A DNA stretch of 52,889 bases from contig JAGHYP010000001.1 of NCBI GenBank assembly GCA_017743585.1, positions 1 through 52,889 of the forward strand. The letters are read 5' to 3'. Shown piece after piece: positions 9,310-20,048 of the stretch. The stretch's first letter is position 1. The number at the start of each line of letters is the position of its first letter. A program made the position numbers and the translations under genes. This DNA is from Chloroflexota bacterium. GTDB taxonomy: Bacteria > Chloroflexota > Anaerolineae > Aggregatilineales > UBA2796. Under the pieces are notes generated by a model, which was given only the letters and a program-made list of their open reading frames with translations, was not told the origin of the DNA and searched no databases.

Positions 9310-10920
9310 ATGGACATCCTCGAATCGAAGCTCGATGTAGGCTCGGAGACCTTTCGCGCGAATGCGGCGCACAATCGCGCCCTTGCGCAGGAGCTACGCG
9401 AGCGCCTAGCGCTGGTGCGGCAAGGCGGTGGCGAGCGCGCGCGCAGGCGCCACGCTGAGCAGGGCAAGCTCTTCGTGCGTGAGCGCATCGATCGCCTGCT
9501 GGACGAGGGCAGCCCCTTTTTGGAGCTCTCGCCGTTGGCGGCGTGGGATATGTACGATAACGAGGCGCCTTGCGCGGGCATTGTGACGGGCATCGGGCGC
9601 GTGGCAGGGCGCGAGTGCCTGATCATCGCAAATGACGCAACGGTTAAAGGCGGCGCGTATTACCCGATGACGGTCAAAAAGCATTTGCGCGCGCAGCAGA
9701 TCGCGGAAGAGAATCGCCTGCCATGCCTATATCTGGTGGATAGCGGCGGCGCCTTCCTGCCGATGCAAGATGAAGTCTTCCCCGATGCCAATCACTTCGG
9801 GCGCATTTTCTACAATCAGGCGCGCATGAGCGCGCTGGGCATTCCGCAAATCGCAGTGGTCATGGGCAGCTGCACTGCTGGCGGGGCGTATATCCCTGCC
9901 ATGAGCGATGAGACGATCATTGTCAAGGGCACTGGCACGATCTTTCTGGGCGGCCCGCCGTTGGTGAAGGCTGCCACTGGCGCGGATATCTCGGCTGAGG
10001 AGCTGGGCGGCGCCGATGTACATACGCGGCGCTCGGGCGTCGCCGATCATTACGCAGTGGATGAAGAAGACGCGCTGATGCAGTGCCGCAACATCGTGGC
10101 AACGCTCAACACGCGCAAGCAGGTCACGCTCGATGTGGCGCCGCCGCAACCGCCGCGCTACGATCCCGAAGAAATTTACGGCATTCTGCCGCGCACATTC
10201 CGCGAGACCTACGACGTGCGCGAGCTGATCGCCCGAGTCGTAGATGGCAGCCAGTTCCGCGAGTTCAAAGCGCGCTACGGCGAGACGCTGGTCTGTGGTT
10301 TTGCGCGCATCGAAGGCTACTTGATCGGCATTCTGGCGAATAACGGCGTGCTGTTCAGCGAGTCGGCGCTGAAAGGCACGCATTTCATCGAGCTGTGCGC
10401 AGCGCGCGGCATTCCACTGCTCTTTTTGCAGAACATCACAGGCTTCATGGTCGGGCAAGAGTATGAGGCAGGTGGGATCGCCAAAGACGGCGCGAAGATG
10501 GTGCATGCGGTCGCCAATGCGCGCGTGCCTAAGATCACAGTGATCGTCGGCGGCTCGTTCGGCGCGGGCAACTACGCCATGTGCGGGCGCGCTTTCGCGC
10601 CGCGCTTCTTGTTCACATATCCGAACGCGCGCATCAGCGTGATGGGCGGCGAGCAAGCGGCAAACGTCCTGCTGACCATCAAGATGGATCAGCTGGCGCG
10701 CAGCGGCGAGCCACCGCTCACGCCCGAGCAGCAGGCTGCCTTCAAAGCGCCAATCCTAGAGAAGTACGAGCGCGAAGGCAATCCTTATTATGCCACAGCG
10801 CGCCTGTGGGACGATGGAATCATCGATCCGCCTCAGACGCGCCGCGTGGTCGCGCTCGCGCTCTCAGCTTGCCTGAACGCGCCGATCGAGACGACTTCGT
10901 ATGGCGTCTTCCGCATGTGA
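9310..10920 (+). CDS. mccB: 3-methylcrotonyl-CoA carboxylase carboxyltransferase (beta) subunit
   Basis: [52 protein letters not shown], terminal YGVFRM. Confidence 0.9.
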   Translation: MDILESKLDVGSETFRANAAHNRALAQELRERLALVRQGGGERARRRHAEQGKLFVRERIDRLLDEGSPFLELSPLAAWDMYDNEAPCAGIVTGIGRVAGRECLIIANDATVKGGAYYPMTVKKHLRAQQIAEENRLPCLYLVDSGGAFLPMQDEVFPDANHFGRIFYNQARMSALGIPQIAVVMGSCTAGGAYIPAMSDETIIVKGTGTIFLGGPPLVKAATGADISAEELGGADVHTRRSGVADHYAVDEEDALMQCRNIVATLNTRKQVTLDVAPPQPPRYDPEEIYGILPRTFRETYDVRELIARVVDGSQFREFKARYGETLVCGFARIEGYLIGILANNGVLFSESALKGTHFIELCAARGIPLLFLQNITGFMVGQEYEAGGIAKDGAKMVHAVANARVPKITVIVGGSFGAGNYAMCGRAFAPRFLFTYPNARISVMGGEQAANVLLTIKMDQLARSGEPPLTPEQQAAFKAPILEKYEREGNPYYATARLWDDGIIDPPQTRRVVALALSACLNAPIETTSYGVFRM

Positions 10921-10929
10921 TTCGCGCAT

Positions 10930-11235
10930 ATGTTCATCGGCATCTGTGTGATTGAGCTTCATTTGCCAGGCGTGGCTTCGCTGAAGGAGAAGCGCGGCAT
11001 TTTGAAGGCTCTCTTGGCGCGATTGCATCGCGAGTTCAACGTGAGCGCCGCCGAAGTTGCCTTGCACGACGTCTGGCAATCGGCGAGCATCGCGCTCGCC
11101 ACAGTCAGCACCAGCGCGGCGCACGCCAATAATCTGCTTGAGAATGCGCTTGGCTGGCTCGAACACAACCGCCCTGACCTAGATATGGTAGCCCACAGCA
11201 TTGAGATCGTGCCGTTTGGCACGCCATCGAGCTGA
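10930..11235 (+). CDS. DUF503 / YlxP family protein
   Basis: SLKEKR...FNVSAAEV...DVWQ signature, about 100 aa. Confidence 0.9.
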   Translation: MFIGICVIELHLPGVASLKEKRGILKALLARLHREFNVSAAEVALHDVWQSASIALATVSTSAAHANNLLENALGWLEHNRPDLDMVAHSIEIVPFGTPSS

Positions 11236-11269
11236 AACGTACGTCGAAGTGGTCTAGGAGCGCGACCAA

Positions 11270-11650
11270 ATGCCTATCACACAGACGCTTGAGGCGCACG
11301 GGCGCATCTTGCGCATCGTCCTCTCCGATCCATGGACAGTGAAAGAGATGTTGGCTGCTTTCAAAGAGACGGAGCGCTACCTCGACGCCGCTACCAAGCC
11401 GCTCCACTTGCTTGTGGACATGAAAAGCGCTGTGCAAACTGTGCCTGGCGCGATACGCGCCCGCGAGGCGCCGGTCCTGCGCCATCCAATGGGCGGCGAG
11501 GTCGCGATCTTCGGCGCGAGCCTCGCAGGGCGCATCTTAGTGGAAGCTGTGCTGAAACTAGCCCGCTTCCAGCGCGCGCACTTCTTTCAAACAGAGTCAG
11601 AAGCGCAAGCCTATCTCAATAAGCTGATTGCCCAAGAGGCAAACGCCTAG
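11270..11650 (+). CDS. STAS/SEC14-like (SpoIIAA-like) small protein
   Basis: LLVDM core and terminal FQTESEAQAYL pattern; AGGAG SD. Confidence 0.6.
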   Translation: MPITQTLEAHGRILRIVLSDPWTVKEMLAAFKETERYLDAATKPLHLLVDMKSAVQTVPGAIRAREAPVLRHPMGGEVAIFGASLAGRILVEAVLKLARFQRAHFFQTESEAQAYLNKLIAQEANA

Positions 11651-12681
11651 CACAGCGCGCAGGCGACCGCGAAGGCCTCATCAACACTCACGCCGTCTCG
11701 CGCCCAATCGAACGCTCGCGGCGCGCCGCCTGCCACGCCGCCTTGTGGCAGCGCCACAGGCCGCCAAGCGTAGCGCGCCTGAGTCGGCGGCGTGAATGGC
11801 GCATAGCGGCGCGGATCGCTTGGGCCGAAGATCATCAGCACTTTGGCGCCGGCGGCTGCCGCCAAATGCCCCACGCCGCTATCGTTGCCGATGTAGAGCG
11901 CGGCGCGAGCGGCAAGCGCTGCTATCTCGGTCAGCGAGAAGCGCTCTGACCAATCGTGGCAAGGCCTTGTGAGCGCCGCTTTGAAGCGCGCAACAGCCTC
12001 TCGGTCGCTGGCGGCGCCGATCACAGCGATCTGAGCGCTCAGCCGATCCGCAAGGCGCTCGGCGAGCGCTGCAAAGTTCTCGGCCGCCCAGCGCTTCTCG
12101 ATCATGCGCATCCCGACATTCACCCCGCCGCCCGGATGCACCATCAGGTAGCCGCCGTGCGCCAAACGCGCCTCGTGCAAGACCTGCTCAGCCCGCGCAG
12201 AGGCCTGCGCCGTCGGCGGCACGAATGCCCACAGACCGTCGGTCGGTATGTTGAGCAGGCGCGCCAAATCCAGATAGATTTCCGCCTCATGGCGCACGAT
12301 CTCAGGGCGAGTGGTCGCTCTATGTGTGTAAGCGAAGCCGCGCCCGTTGCTATCCAGACCGACTCGCATCGGAATGCCTGCCAAGAGCGCGGCGAGGCTA
12401 TACCAGCGCGAGCGATCTGGCACGAAGATCGCATCGGCGCGCAGACGACGTAATTGGCGCACGAAGCTGAGCAATCGGCGCGGCGCAGCGGGGTTGGCTG
12501 TGTCGCCAACTTCGAGCACAGCGTTCAAGTGTGGATGTTCGCGCAGCACAGGGGCGATAGAGGCGTTGACCAGCCAAGTGATGTGCGCATCGGGAAAGGC
12601 GCGGCGCAGCGCAGCCAAGAGCGGCGTGGCGAAGACGACATCCCCGATGCAACACGGCTTGACGAGCAGAATGCGTCTCAT
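11647..12681 (-). CDS. Glycosyltransferase family 9 (heptosyltransferase-like)
   Basis: IGDVVFATP, HPGGG...KRW, GNDSGVGHLAAA, FGPSDP. Confidence 0.92.
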   Translation of the reverse strand: MRRILLVKPCCIGDVVFATPLLAALRRAFPDAHITWLVNASIAPVLREHPHLNAVLEVGDTANPAAPRRLLSFVRQLRRLRADAIFVPDRSRWYSLAALLAGIPMRVGLDSNGRGFAYTHRATTRPEIVRHEAEIYLDLARLLNIPTDGLWAFVPPTAQASARAEQVLHEARLAHGGYLMVHPGGGVNVGMRMIEKRWAAENFAALAERLADRLSAQIAVIGAASDREAVARFKAALTRPCHDWSERFSLTEIAALAARAALYIGNDSGVGHLAAAAGAKVLMIFGPSDPRRYAPFTPPTQARYAWRPVALPQGGVAGGAPRAFDWARDGVSVDEAFAVACALC

Positions 12682-13679
12682 GCATCCTTTCGCGCTGCCG
12701 AGTCGCGCATTTGGCGCGCGCGCGCCTCATGCTGCCACAACGTCAGAGCGGCGCGTTTATTGCGCAGCGCGGCAAGGCGCGGCGCGCCGTTCGCAAACTC
12801 CGACGCCCATTCGTGCGCAAACTTGCCGCGCCGAATTTCCTCTAGGGTGTTCTCCAAGACGTGGACGAGCTTCGAGTCCGCGAAGCGCTCGATGCGCGAG
12901 AGCAAGGCGTACTGCGCTATCTGCGAGCTGCGGGCGAGCGCATTCAGCAAGCCATGCTGCGCGCCCTCGCTCAGAAAGCGCGCCAGCTCGCCTGAGAGAT
13001 ACAGCTCTAGCAAGCTCGCCTCAGGCGGATAGCCCTCGCGGATGAGCAGCTCTGCGGCGACCGTTATCAGATGGTGCAAAGATGGCAACAGGGTCTGCTG
13101 TGTGAACAAGCGCAGCTCTGCCTCTTGCTGGGCGGTCACTTCGAGGGCGCCGCTGCGCAGCGCGCCGAGCGCTCGCGCAAGGGCCAGAGCGCGCTGCCAT
13201 GCCTTGCCGCTCGAATCTTGCTCAACGGCGATGAAACTCGGCGCGCTTGTGCCAACTTGATAGGCTTGGCGCAGCGCTGCGCCGTTGCCGCGCGGCGCGA
13301 TCAGCACGGCGTCCACGAATGGCGGCGGCTCGATGAAGCCGAAGGCGAGGCAGTAGCCTGAGAGGAAGATCAGCGTATCGCCAACGTGCAAGGCAGGCGC
13401 CACGCGCTCAAAATACAGAGATGGCAAGCTTTCATCAGGCTCAGCCAGGATGATCAGCGGGCTGCGCAGTGCAGCATCAGCAGCGGACATTGTTTCGAAG
13501 CCCGCCATGCGCGCTGCATCGGCTTGGCGGCTATCGTCGCTACCGATGATGACCGTCAAGCCGCTCTCGCGCAGATTGTGCGCTGCTGCGCTGCCCAGCT
13601 CGCCATAGCCGAGCAGCGCAACTGCTGAGCCTGCTATCGCGTTTGGATCGGCATCCGCTTCTGTGAAAAAAGCGGGCAC
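12678..13679 (-). CDS. Ketol-acid reductoisomerase-like protein with degenerate catalytic motifs
   Basis: IlvC architecture (GYGELG Rossmann motif, AHNLRESG, EEIRRGKFAHEW), but the acidic metal-binding motif is altered. Confidence 0.8.
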   Translation of the reverse strand: MPAFFTEADADPNAIAGSAVALLGYGELGSAAAHNLRESGLTVIIGSDDSRQADAARMAGFETMSAADAALRSPLIILAEPDESLPSLYFERVAPALHVGDTLIFLSGYCLAFGFIEPPPFVDAVLIAPRGNGAALRQAYQVGTSAPSFIAVEQDSSGKAWQRALALARALGALRSGALEVTAQQEAELRLFTQQTLLPSLHHLITVAAELLIREGYPPEASLLELYLSGELARFLSEGAQHGLLNALARSSQIAQYALLSRIERFADSKLVHVLENTLEEIRRGKFAHEWASEFANGAPRLAALRNKRAALTLWQHEARARQMRDSAARKDA

Positions 13680-13913
13680 AGCGGACTATCCTCTAGCGGC
13701 ACGCCAGCGCCAAAGGGCTCGGCTCGCTCACCTATACGTCATTGTGGAGGCCGCAGCGCCCAGCGCTTCACGATATCTCTCCCTTGAAACCGCTCGCTCG
13801 TGCGCTATATTGTATCGCCATCGCCGCAGAAACGGGCAGCCAATTGTCAAAATTCGCTAACCCTTTGGAAAAGATACTCCACACTTTGGCTGCGCTCCAG
13901 AGGACAGTCAAGC

Positions 13914-16397
13914 ATGCCTGATTGGCTCTTGCCGACTTTCGCGCTCGCGCCCGCCCTGCTCTGGTTCTTCATCGGCGTCGGCTTGCCGTACGTGCTGATC
14001 ATTCTGCCCCGCGCTGATATACGCAACGGCCTGCTCGTCCTTGCCCTGAGCCTAGCGCTCAGCCCGTTGCTCAGCACGACCGTTATGTTCATCACTGGCA
14101 CGTTCGGACGCTTCAGCGCTTCGAACGTCTTGCTTGGCACAGCGGCAGTCTGCGCAGCAGGCGTGCCGTTCGCGCTGCATCGCCTGCGGGCGAGCGCGCC
14201 TGTTCAGCAGCGCTTAATGCCGCTCAGCACCATTGAGGTTGCTCTGATCATCGCAATATCTGCGACTGTTCTGTTCCACTTCTGGAATATCGCCTATTGG
14301 TGCTTCACCACGTACGATGCGCTTTGGGTCTACGCCGCCAACGCGCGCCTATTCTTTCTGGAAGGCAACATCCCAGCGCGCATTGGCTACTACCCCCAAC
14401 ACTTGCCGCTCGCCTATACGTATGGGCAGCTTATGTGGGGGGAGATTAACGATCATGCAGCGCGCACGGTGCTGCCATACTTCATACTCAACGGCATTCT
14501 AATGACTTACATCGGCGGCGCAAGGCTATTTTCGCGGCGCGCGGGCCTGATCGCTGCCGCGATCTGGACGCTCTATCCGCATCACGCCGCTTGGAGCCAA
14601 TACGGCGACTTGGAAGTGACGCTGACTGGCTATTTTGCAGGCACAGTCGCCTTCTTCATCCTAGCTTGGCGCGAGCGCCAAGCGCGCTATGCCGTCATCA
14701 GCGGCTTGCTCTTAGCGGCGGCACTTTGGACAAAGCCGACAGCGGGCGCGCTCATCCAGAGTTTGCTCCTGATCGGCGGCGCGGGGCTCATCGGGCAAGT
14801 CATAGCGCAGCGGCGCTTCTCTCTGCGCGCGCTCTGGCAGAGCCAGCTGGTGCGCTACGCTGCGTTGACGCTGATCGTCGCTTTTCCGATCGGCGGCATG
14901 TGGTACATCCGGAATGTGTTATACGGTCACCCGATGTTTGTGCTGCCGATAGGCTATTGGCAAACCATAGCGCAGCGCAGCGGTCAAGAGTTAGGCTGGC
15001 CGCTGCTAATCGCGCTGTTGGCAATTCCATTTTCGGGAAAAAGAATTTTGGTGTCTGTGCTCAGTTGTGCAGTCTTATACTTCGTCGCCTTGCCATCTGC
15101 CTTCAGCGGTAGGCTGCCAACTCTAGCCGAGTTGCAACTCATGGCTCTAGGCCAAATTCCCACGACTTATGTGCCGACGCGTCTGAGGGCTTCAGAGCTT
15201 GCAGTGCTCGCGCTCGGCGCGGCGCTCTTGGCGTGGAGCTTGCTGCCGAAGTGGCGTGCGCTCAGCCTGAGAGAGCGCGGCACGCTCGCGCTGATCGCCG
15301 CCTTCATCGCGCCGTATGGCATCACGTGGTTTTGGTCTTACTCGTACCACTTTCGACTCAGCCTTCCGATTGTGCCGTTCTTCTGTTGGCTGATCGCGGC
15401 GCAAGCCGACGCGCTGATGCGCCGAGTCCGCTGGCGCTACGTGTCGCGCTCTGTTCAAGCAGCTGCTGCGCTGATCGTCATCTTCAGCCTTGCTGTACCG
15501 GGCTGGCTGAGTGCGCTGTCAGCTCTACCTTATGCATTATCGGGCAGCTTGCGCGACGATGAAGCCAAGATAGCATTAGGCAATCCCGCGCTGATGGAGC
15601 TAGTCAATTTTCTGCGCGAGCGGCGCGCTGCGCTCGGCAGACCGCTCAAAGTTGTCGCGCCGGGCGAGACTCGCCTAAGCTACTTTTTTCCGCAAGATGA
15701 TATTCGAGGCGATTGGTTTCCAATGAGGTTAGATGAAATTGCAGATGTGGATTACTACATTGACAGCAGCGCTGGCCACTTGATGTACGAGTTTTATGGG
15801 TATTACAACCAAATCATTTATTCGCGTACGCGCATGGAAGTTATGTGGCGCGTCTTCACAACGGACGACGGCGTTTTTCGTTTCTCTGTTTATGAAGTGA
15901 ACAACGCCAATCGATTCAAGAAGCCTGAGCCGAACGGCAAGCTCGGCGTCTATTTCGGCAATATCGCCTATCTGCACGGCTGGGACTTGAACAACTTAGT
16001 TTTTGGCATAGGGCAGCCGATTCACATTACCCTATGGTGGGAGGCTTTGCGTCCTGCGGATATCGAGTACAGCGTCTTCATCCATCTGTGGGATGAGGCG
16101 AATCAGCGCTTGGTGATGAACTTCGGCGGGCAGCCGAACGAAGGCGCGTGGCAGGTTTGGTATGGCGTGCCAGGCGAGCATTTCTCGCAGCCGTATCCAA
16201 CGCGCCTGTGGCAGACGGGCGAGATCATCAAAGACGAATGGCGCGTGCCCGTGCCTGAAGATGTGCCCTCAGGCGAGTACGAATTGCGCGTCGGTCTGTA
16301 CGATCCGATCAGCGGCGCGCGATTGCCGGTCAGCCGAGATGGCGTGCCTCTCGGCGACTTCGTGCGCCTGAATCGAGTGCGCATCATCGGGCGCTAG
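13914..16397 (+). CDS. GT-C (ArnT/PMT, family 39-like) membrane glycosyltransferase with C-terminal extracellular domain
   Basis: Many TM helices, early YDA acidic loop, YYPQHLP, WTKP; C-terminal W..GE..D / PSGEY.L.VGLY...RL domain; GAGGA SD. Confidence 0.75.
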   Translation: MPDWLLPTFALAPALLWFFIGVGLPYVLIILPRADIRNGLLVLALSLALSPLLSTTVMFITGTFGRFSASNVLLGTAAVCAAGVPFALHRLRASAPVQQRLMPLSTIEVALIIAISATVLFHFWNIAYWCFTTYDALWVYAANARLFFLEGNIPARIGYYPQHLPLAYTYGQLMWGEINDHAARTVLPYFILNGILMTYIGGARLFSRRAGLIAAAIWTLYPHHAAWSQYGDLEVTLTGYFAGTVAFFILAWRERQARYAVISGLLLAAALWTKPTAGALIQSLLLIGGAGLIGQVIAQRRFSLRALWQSQLVRYAALTLIVAFPIGGMWYIRNVLYGHPMFVLPIGYWQTIAQRSGQELGWPLLIALLAIPFSGKRILVSVLSCAVLYFVALPSAFSGRLPTLAELQLMALGQIPTTYVPTRLRASELAVLALGAALLAWSLLPKWRALSLRERGTLALIAAFIAPYGITWFWSYSYHFRLSLPIVPFFCWLIAAQADALMRRVRWRYVSRSVQAAAALIVIFSLAVPGWLSALSALPYALSGSLRDDEAKIALGNPALMELVNFLRERRAALGRPLKVVAPGETRLSYFFPQDDIRGDWFPMRLDEIADVDYYIDSSAGHLMYEFYGYYNQIIYSRTRMEVMWRVFTTDDGVFRFSVYEVNNANRFKKPEPNGKLGVYFGNIAYLHGWDLNNLVFGIGQPIHITLWWEALRPADIEYSVFIHLWDEANQRLVMNFGGQPNEGAWQVWYGVPGEHFSQPYPTRLWQTGEIIKDEWRVPVPEDVPSGEYELRVGLYDPISGARLPVSRDGVPLGDFVRLNRVRIIGR

Positions 16398-16401
16398 CCC
16401 G

Positions 16402-17109
16402 CTAACCGAGATAAGCTCGGCGGATGCGTTCGTCGTTCAGCAGGTCAGACGCCTTGCCGCTAATGGTCAGAGTGCCGGCTTCTAGCACGTAGCCGCGATC
16501 AGCGTGCTGCAAAGCAAGACTGGCGTTCTGCTCAACCAGCAAAATAGTGACGCCTTCCGCATGCAGCTCGCGGATGATGTTGAAAATCTCGCGCACAATC
16601 AGCGGCGCCAAGCCGAGACTCGGCTCATCGAGCAGCAGCAAGCGCGGGCGGCTCATCAGCGCGCGCGCAATGGCGAGCATTTGCTGCTCGCCGCCGCTGA
16701 GCGTGCCTGCCAATTGGTTGCGTCGCTCGTACAGGCGCGGAAAGCGCTTGAATTGCAGCTCAATATCCGCTTTGATGCCCGCTGTGTCTTTGCGGATATA
16801 CGCGCCAAGCAGCAAATTATCGTAGACTGACTGACGAGTCAAGACGCGCCGCCCCTCAGGGCAATGCGCTACACCGCGCCGCACCACTTCGTGCGGAGCC
16901 AGACGGCTGATATCCTCGCCGTTGAAGATGATACGACCTTGCCGCGCGTTCACAATGCGCGAGATGGCGCGCAGCGTAGTGCTCTTGCCCGCTCCATTCG
17001 CGCCGATCAGCGTGACCACTTCGCCCTGCTGAACGCTCAAGCTGAGCGATTGCACTGCCTGTATGCCGCCATAATTCACGCTCAGGTTCTCGATCTCCAG
17101 CATCGCCAT
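16402..17109 (-). CDS. livF: Branched-chain amino acid ABC transporter ATP-binding protein
   Basis: GANGAGKST, LSGGEQQMLA, DEPSLGLAP, VEQN. Confidence 0.93.
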   Translation of the reverse strand: MAMLEIENLSVNYGGIQAVQSLSLSVQQGEVVTLIGANGAGKSTTLRAISRIVNARQGRIIFNGEDISRLAPHEVVRRGVAHCPEGRRVLTRQSVYDNLLLGAYIRKDTAGIKADIELQFKRFPRLYERRNQLAGTLSGGEQQMLAIARALMSRPRLLLLDEPSLGLAPLIVREIFNIIRELHAEGVTILLVEQNASLALQHADRGYVLEAGTLTISGKASDLLNDERIRRAYLG

Positions 17110-17114
17110 GCTCG

Positions 17115-17882
17115 CTAGTCTCCTAAGTAGGCTTCAATCACTGCAGGATCGTTCTGCACTTTCTCAGGCGCGCCAAGCGCGATCAGCTGCCCGAAGTTCA
17201 GCACAGCGATGCGGTCGCATAAGCCCATGACAAGCGGCACATAGTGCTCGATCAACACAATGGTCAGATTGAACTGCTCGCGGACGCGGCGGATGAACGC
17301 GCTCAGCGCGCTTTTCTCGTTTTGGTTCATGCCCGCTGCAGGCTCATCTAGCAGCAGCAGCTCGGGCTCAAGGGCGAGCGCGCGCGCAATTTCCAGGCGG
17401 CGCTGATCGCCATACGAGAAGTTGCGCGCCTGCATCTCGGCCGAATCTGCCAAGCCGACTAGCTCCAGCAGTTCCATTGCGCGCTGACGGATGGCCCGCT
17501 CTTCTTGCGGCGCGGGCGGCAAGCCGAAGACGCCTTCGATCATGCCGCTTCGGGTGTGGATATGCCGCGCGATCATCACGTTCTCCAGCGCTGTGAGCGC
17601 GCCGAACAAACGAATGTTCTGGAAAGTGCGCGCGATGCCGAGCATCGCAATCTCGTGCGGGCGCTTACTGGTGATGTTGACGCCTTTGTAGAACACCTCG
17701 CCGTGCATTGGCGGCGTCATGCCCGTGATCAGATTGAACACTGTGGTCTTACCTGCGCCATTCGGCCCGATTAAGCCGAAAATCTCGCCGCGCCGCACCT
17801 GAAATGAGACATTGTCCACGGCGTACAGGCCACCAAAGCGGCACGTCAAGTTGCGCACTTCCAGCACCACCTCATCGCTCAT
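17115..17882 (-). CDS. livG: Branched-chain amino acid ABC transporter ATP-binding protein
   Basis: [31 protein letters not shown]. Confidence 0.93.
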   Translation of the reverse strand: MSDEVVLEVRNLTCRFGGLYAVDNVSFQVRRGEIFGLIGPNGAGKTTVFNLITGMTPPMHGEVFYKGVNITSKRPHEIAMLGIARTFQNIRLFGALTALENVMIARHIHTRSGMIEGVFGLPPAPQEERAIRQRAMELLELVGLADSAEMQARNFSYGDQRRLEIARALALEPELLLLDEPAAGMNQNEKSALSAFIRRVREQFNLTIVLIEHYVPLVMGLCDRIAVLNFGQLIALGAPEKVQNDPAVIEAYLGD

Positions 17883-17885
17883 GGC

Positions 17886-18869
17886 TCACCCTCGGCTGAC
17901 CTTCGGCGCTGCCTTGGCCGCCTCTAACCGTGGCACATTCGTCTTCCTGCGGCGCTTAAACAAGTTAGGCGTCACCAAGCCATACGGGAAGAAGAAAACG
18001 CTGACCGCGATCAAAACACCGAACAGAATCAGCCGCCCATCGCGCAGAAATGTGGCAATCGCAGGGTGCAAGCCTGGCGCATCTGCCACTTCGCGTAAGA
18101 TGATCTCGGGCAAGGCCACGAGAAACGCGCCGCCGATCACTGGCCCAAGAAAGGTTCGCGAGCCGCCAACCAGCACGTAGGCGAGGATCAAGATCGCCAG
18201 GTCGAACGTGCCTTGCCGCGGATTCCAGGTGTTCAGGATGTGCGCGTTCAGCGCGCCTGTCATGCCCGCCAGCACTGCGCCGATCGTGAACGCCAGCACT
18301 TTGTAATACGTTGGGCGGATGCCCATGGCGCTTGCTGCCAACTCATCCTCGCGCAGCGCCACGAAGGCGCGCCCGATGCGCGAGCGCTCCAAGCGCGCCA
18401 CGAAGAGCGTCGAGACTAGCAAAAGTGGCAACGCCAAGAGCAGGTATTCCACGCGCGTGGCGCTGAAAAACGGCTGCGGAATGTTGTAAATGCCCACAGC
18501 GCCGCCTAGCCATGGCTGGTTCAAAGCGAAGACGCGCAGCACCTCTACAAAAGCAATGGTCGCCAGCGCAAGATAGACACCGCGCAGCCTGAGCGATGGA
18601 ATGCCGATGATCAGTGCGAAGAGCGCCGAGACGCCGCCTGCTACCACCATCTCCAGCGCGATCAGCAGAATTGGATAGCTGCCATTCGGAAAGCCTGTGA
18701 AAACCCGCGTGGAAAGCAAGGCGGCCACGTAGCCGCCAACTGCGTAAAAGCCCGGACTCGCCAATGAGAGCTGCCCTGCCATCAACGGCAAGTACAACGA
18801 GAGCGCAAGGACGCCTGCCAATGCCATCTGCACGATAGCTGAGCCATAAGTGCTGAGGAATCCTTCCAT
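17886..18869 (-). CDS. livM: Branched-chain amino acid ABC transporter permease
   Basis: GQLSLA, LRLRGVYLALAT, GRAFVALREDE. Real start is ATG 18869. Confidence 0.9.
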   Translation of the reverse strand: MEGFLSTYGSAIVQMALAGVLALSLYLPLMAGQLSLASPGFYAVGGYVAALLSTRVFTGFPNGSYPILLIALEMVVAGGVSALFALIIGIPSLRLRGVYLALATIAFVEVLRVFALNQPWLGGAVGIYNIPQPFFSATRVEYLLLALPLLLVSTLFVARLERSRIGRAFVALREDELAASAMGIRPTYYKVLAFTIGAVLAGMTGALNAHILNTWNPRQGTFDLAILILAYVLVGGSRTFLGPVIGGAFLVALPEIILREVADAPGLHPAIATFLRDGRLILFGVLIAVSVFFFPYGLVTPNLFKRRRKTNVPRLEAAKAAPKVSRG

Positions 18870-18882
18870 TGCGCTATCTCCA

Positions 18883-19947
18883 TCAGACCTTCTGCACTGC
18901 AGCGCGCCCGAGCAGCCCTTGCGGACGCAACAACAAGACCAAAAACAGCACAGCGAAGGCGATAGCTTCCTTATATGCGACGTGCTCTGAAGGCACAAAC
19001 GCTTCTGCCACGCCGATCACCAAGCCGCCGACCACTGCGCCCGGAATATCGCCCAAGCCGCCTAGCACAATCACGGCTAGGCCCTTCAAGCCGAAGTTGA
19101 TGCCGAAGTACGGCCCGCTCACGTTCACGCTCAGGCCGACCAGCGTGCCGGCGATGCCGCCAATCAAGCCGCTGATGAAAAATGTGAGCGAGATCAAGAA
19201 ATTGGTGTTGATGCCCAGCAGGCTGGACGTGGTGGCATCTTCTGCCACTGCGCGCAGCGCTTTGCCTATCTTTGTGCCGTTGACGAAGTAGGTCAGCAGG
19301 ACGACCGTCGCCATTGAGACGGCGAAGATGATCACCTGAATAGTGCGGATGACGACCGGGCGTTGTGATAAGCCGCCAAAAGTGCCAAGATTGAGCGCAG
19401 CGGGCATCTCGCCGAACGGATTGCGTGGGTATGAGTAAATTTCCGCGCCTACCAGCAACTGAATGACATTCACAATTGCCACTGCCACGCCTAGGCTGGA
19501 GACCAGCGTCAACAGCGGGTCAGCACCTTTGTTACGCAGCGGACGAAAAGCGACGCGCTCGATCAGGATGCCACACAGACCCGCCAACAACCCGCCGCCA
19601 ATCATCGCGATTGGGAAGGGCAAGCCGAAAGGCAGCCGCTGATTGGCGAGCAAGCCGTTGAAGCCGACCGATGCGCCCGTCAGGAAGTAGGTGAAGTACG
19701 CGCCTAGCGTGAAGATAGCGCCATGCGTAAAGTTGATGATGCGCAAGATGGAGAAGATGAGCGTGTAGCCCAGCGCAAAGATAGCATACACGCTGCCAAC
19801 AGCCAGACCGTTGAAGAGATTCTGCAAGCCGCTGGGCGCTGTGAGGATGGCTGTGATCAGCAGCACGAGAGCTGCCGCAGCAAGTCCGCGTGAGGCAAAC
19901 CACCACAGACGGCGATACTGCTGCAAAGATTGATTGCTCAGTCTCAT
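18883..19947 (-). CDS. livH: Branched-chain amino acid ABC transporter permease
   Basis: NGLAVGSVYAIFALGYTL, INFTHG, VLGGLG, RPQGLLG. Confidence 0.92.
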   Translation of the reverse strand: MRLSNQSLQQYRRLWWFASRGLAAAALVLLITAILTAPSGLQNLFNGLAVGSVYAIFALGYTLIFSILRIINFTHGAIFTLGAYFTYFLTGASVGFNGLLANQRLPFGLPFPIAMIGGGLLAGLCGILIERVAFRPLRNKGADPLLTLVSSLGVAVAIVNVIQLLVGAEIYSYPRNPFGEMPAALNLGTFGGLSQRPVVIRTIQVIIFAVSMATVVLLTYFVNGTKIGKALRAVAEDATTSSLLGINTNFLISLTFFISGLIGGIAGTLVGLSVNVSGPYFGINFGLKGLAVIVLGGLGDIPGAVVGGLVIGVAEAFVPSEHVAYKEAIAFAVLFLVLLLRPQGLLGRAAVQKV

Positions 19948-19991
19948 AGGAAAGTCTCACCGTAACAACTATTTACAGCGCCTTAAGTCAA

Positions 19992-20015
19992 GAGACGGGC
20001 GAAGACGCCCGTCTC
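19992..20015. terminator. Perfect 10-bp stem-loop between the substrate-binding gene and livH (weak terminator or mRNA stabiliser)
   Basis: GAGACGGGCG-AAGA-CGCCCGTCTC with only a weak U-tail on the minus strand. Confidence 0.6.
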
Positions 20016-20048
20016 CCTTTAGAAGCTCAACGAAATCCGAACGGCGGC

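Noticed and set aside
9406-10955. Long antisense and alternate-frame ORFs (e.g. 9727-10656 minus) here and throughout
   Set aside because: Shadows of high-GC codon bias over well-supported genes, with no recognisable motifs.
11647-12681. Calling the GT9 waaF/waaC as evidence of LPS
   Set aside because: No lpx, kds or heptose-pathway genes in the window, and GT9 occurs in organisms without LPS.
12678-13679. Assigning the symbol ilvC
   Set aside because: Key metal-binding residues are substituted and there is no ilv context.
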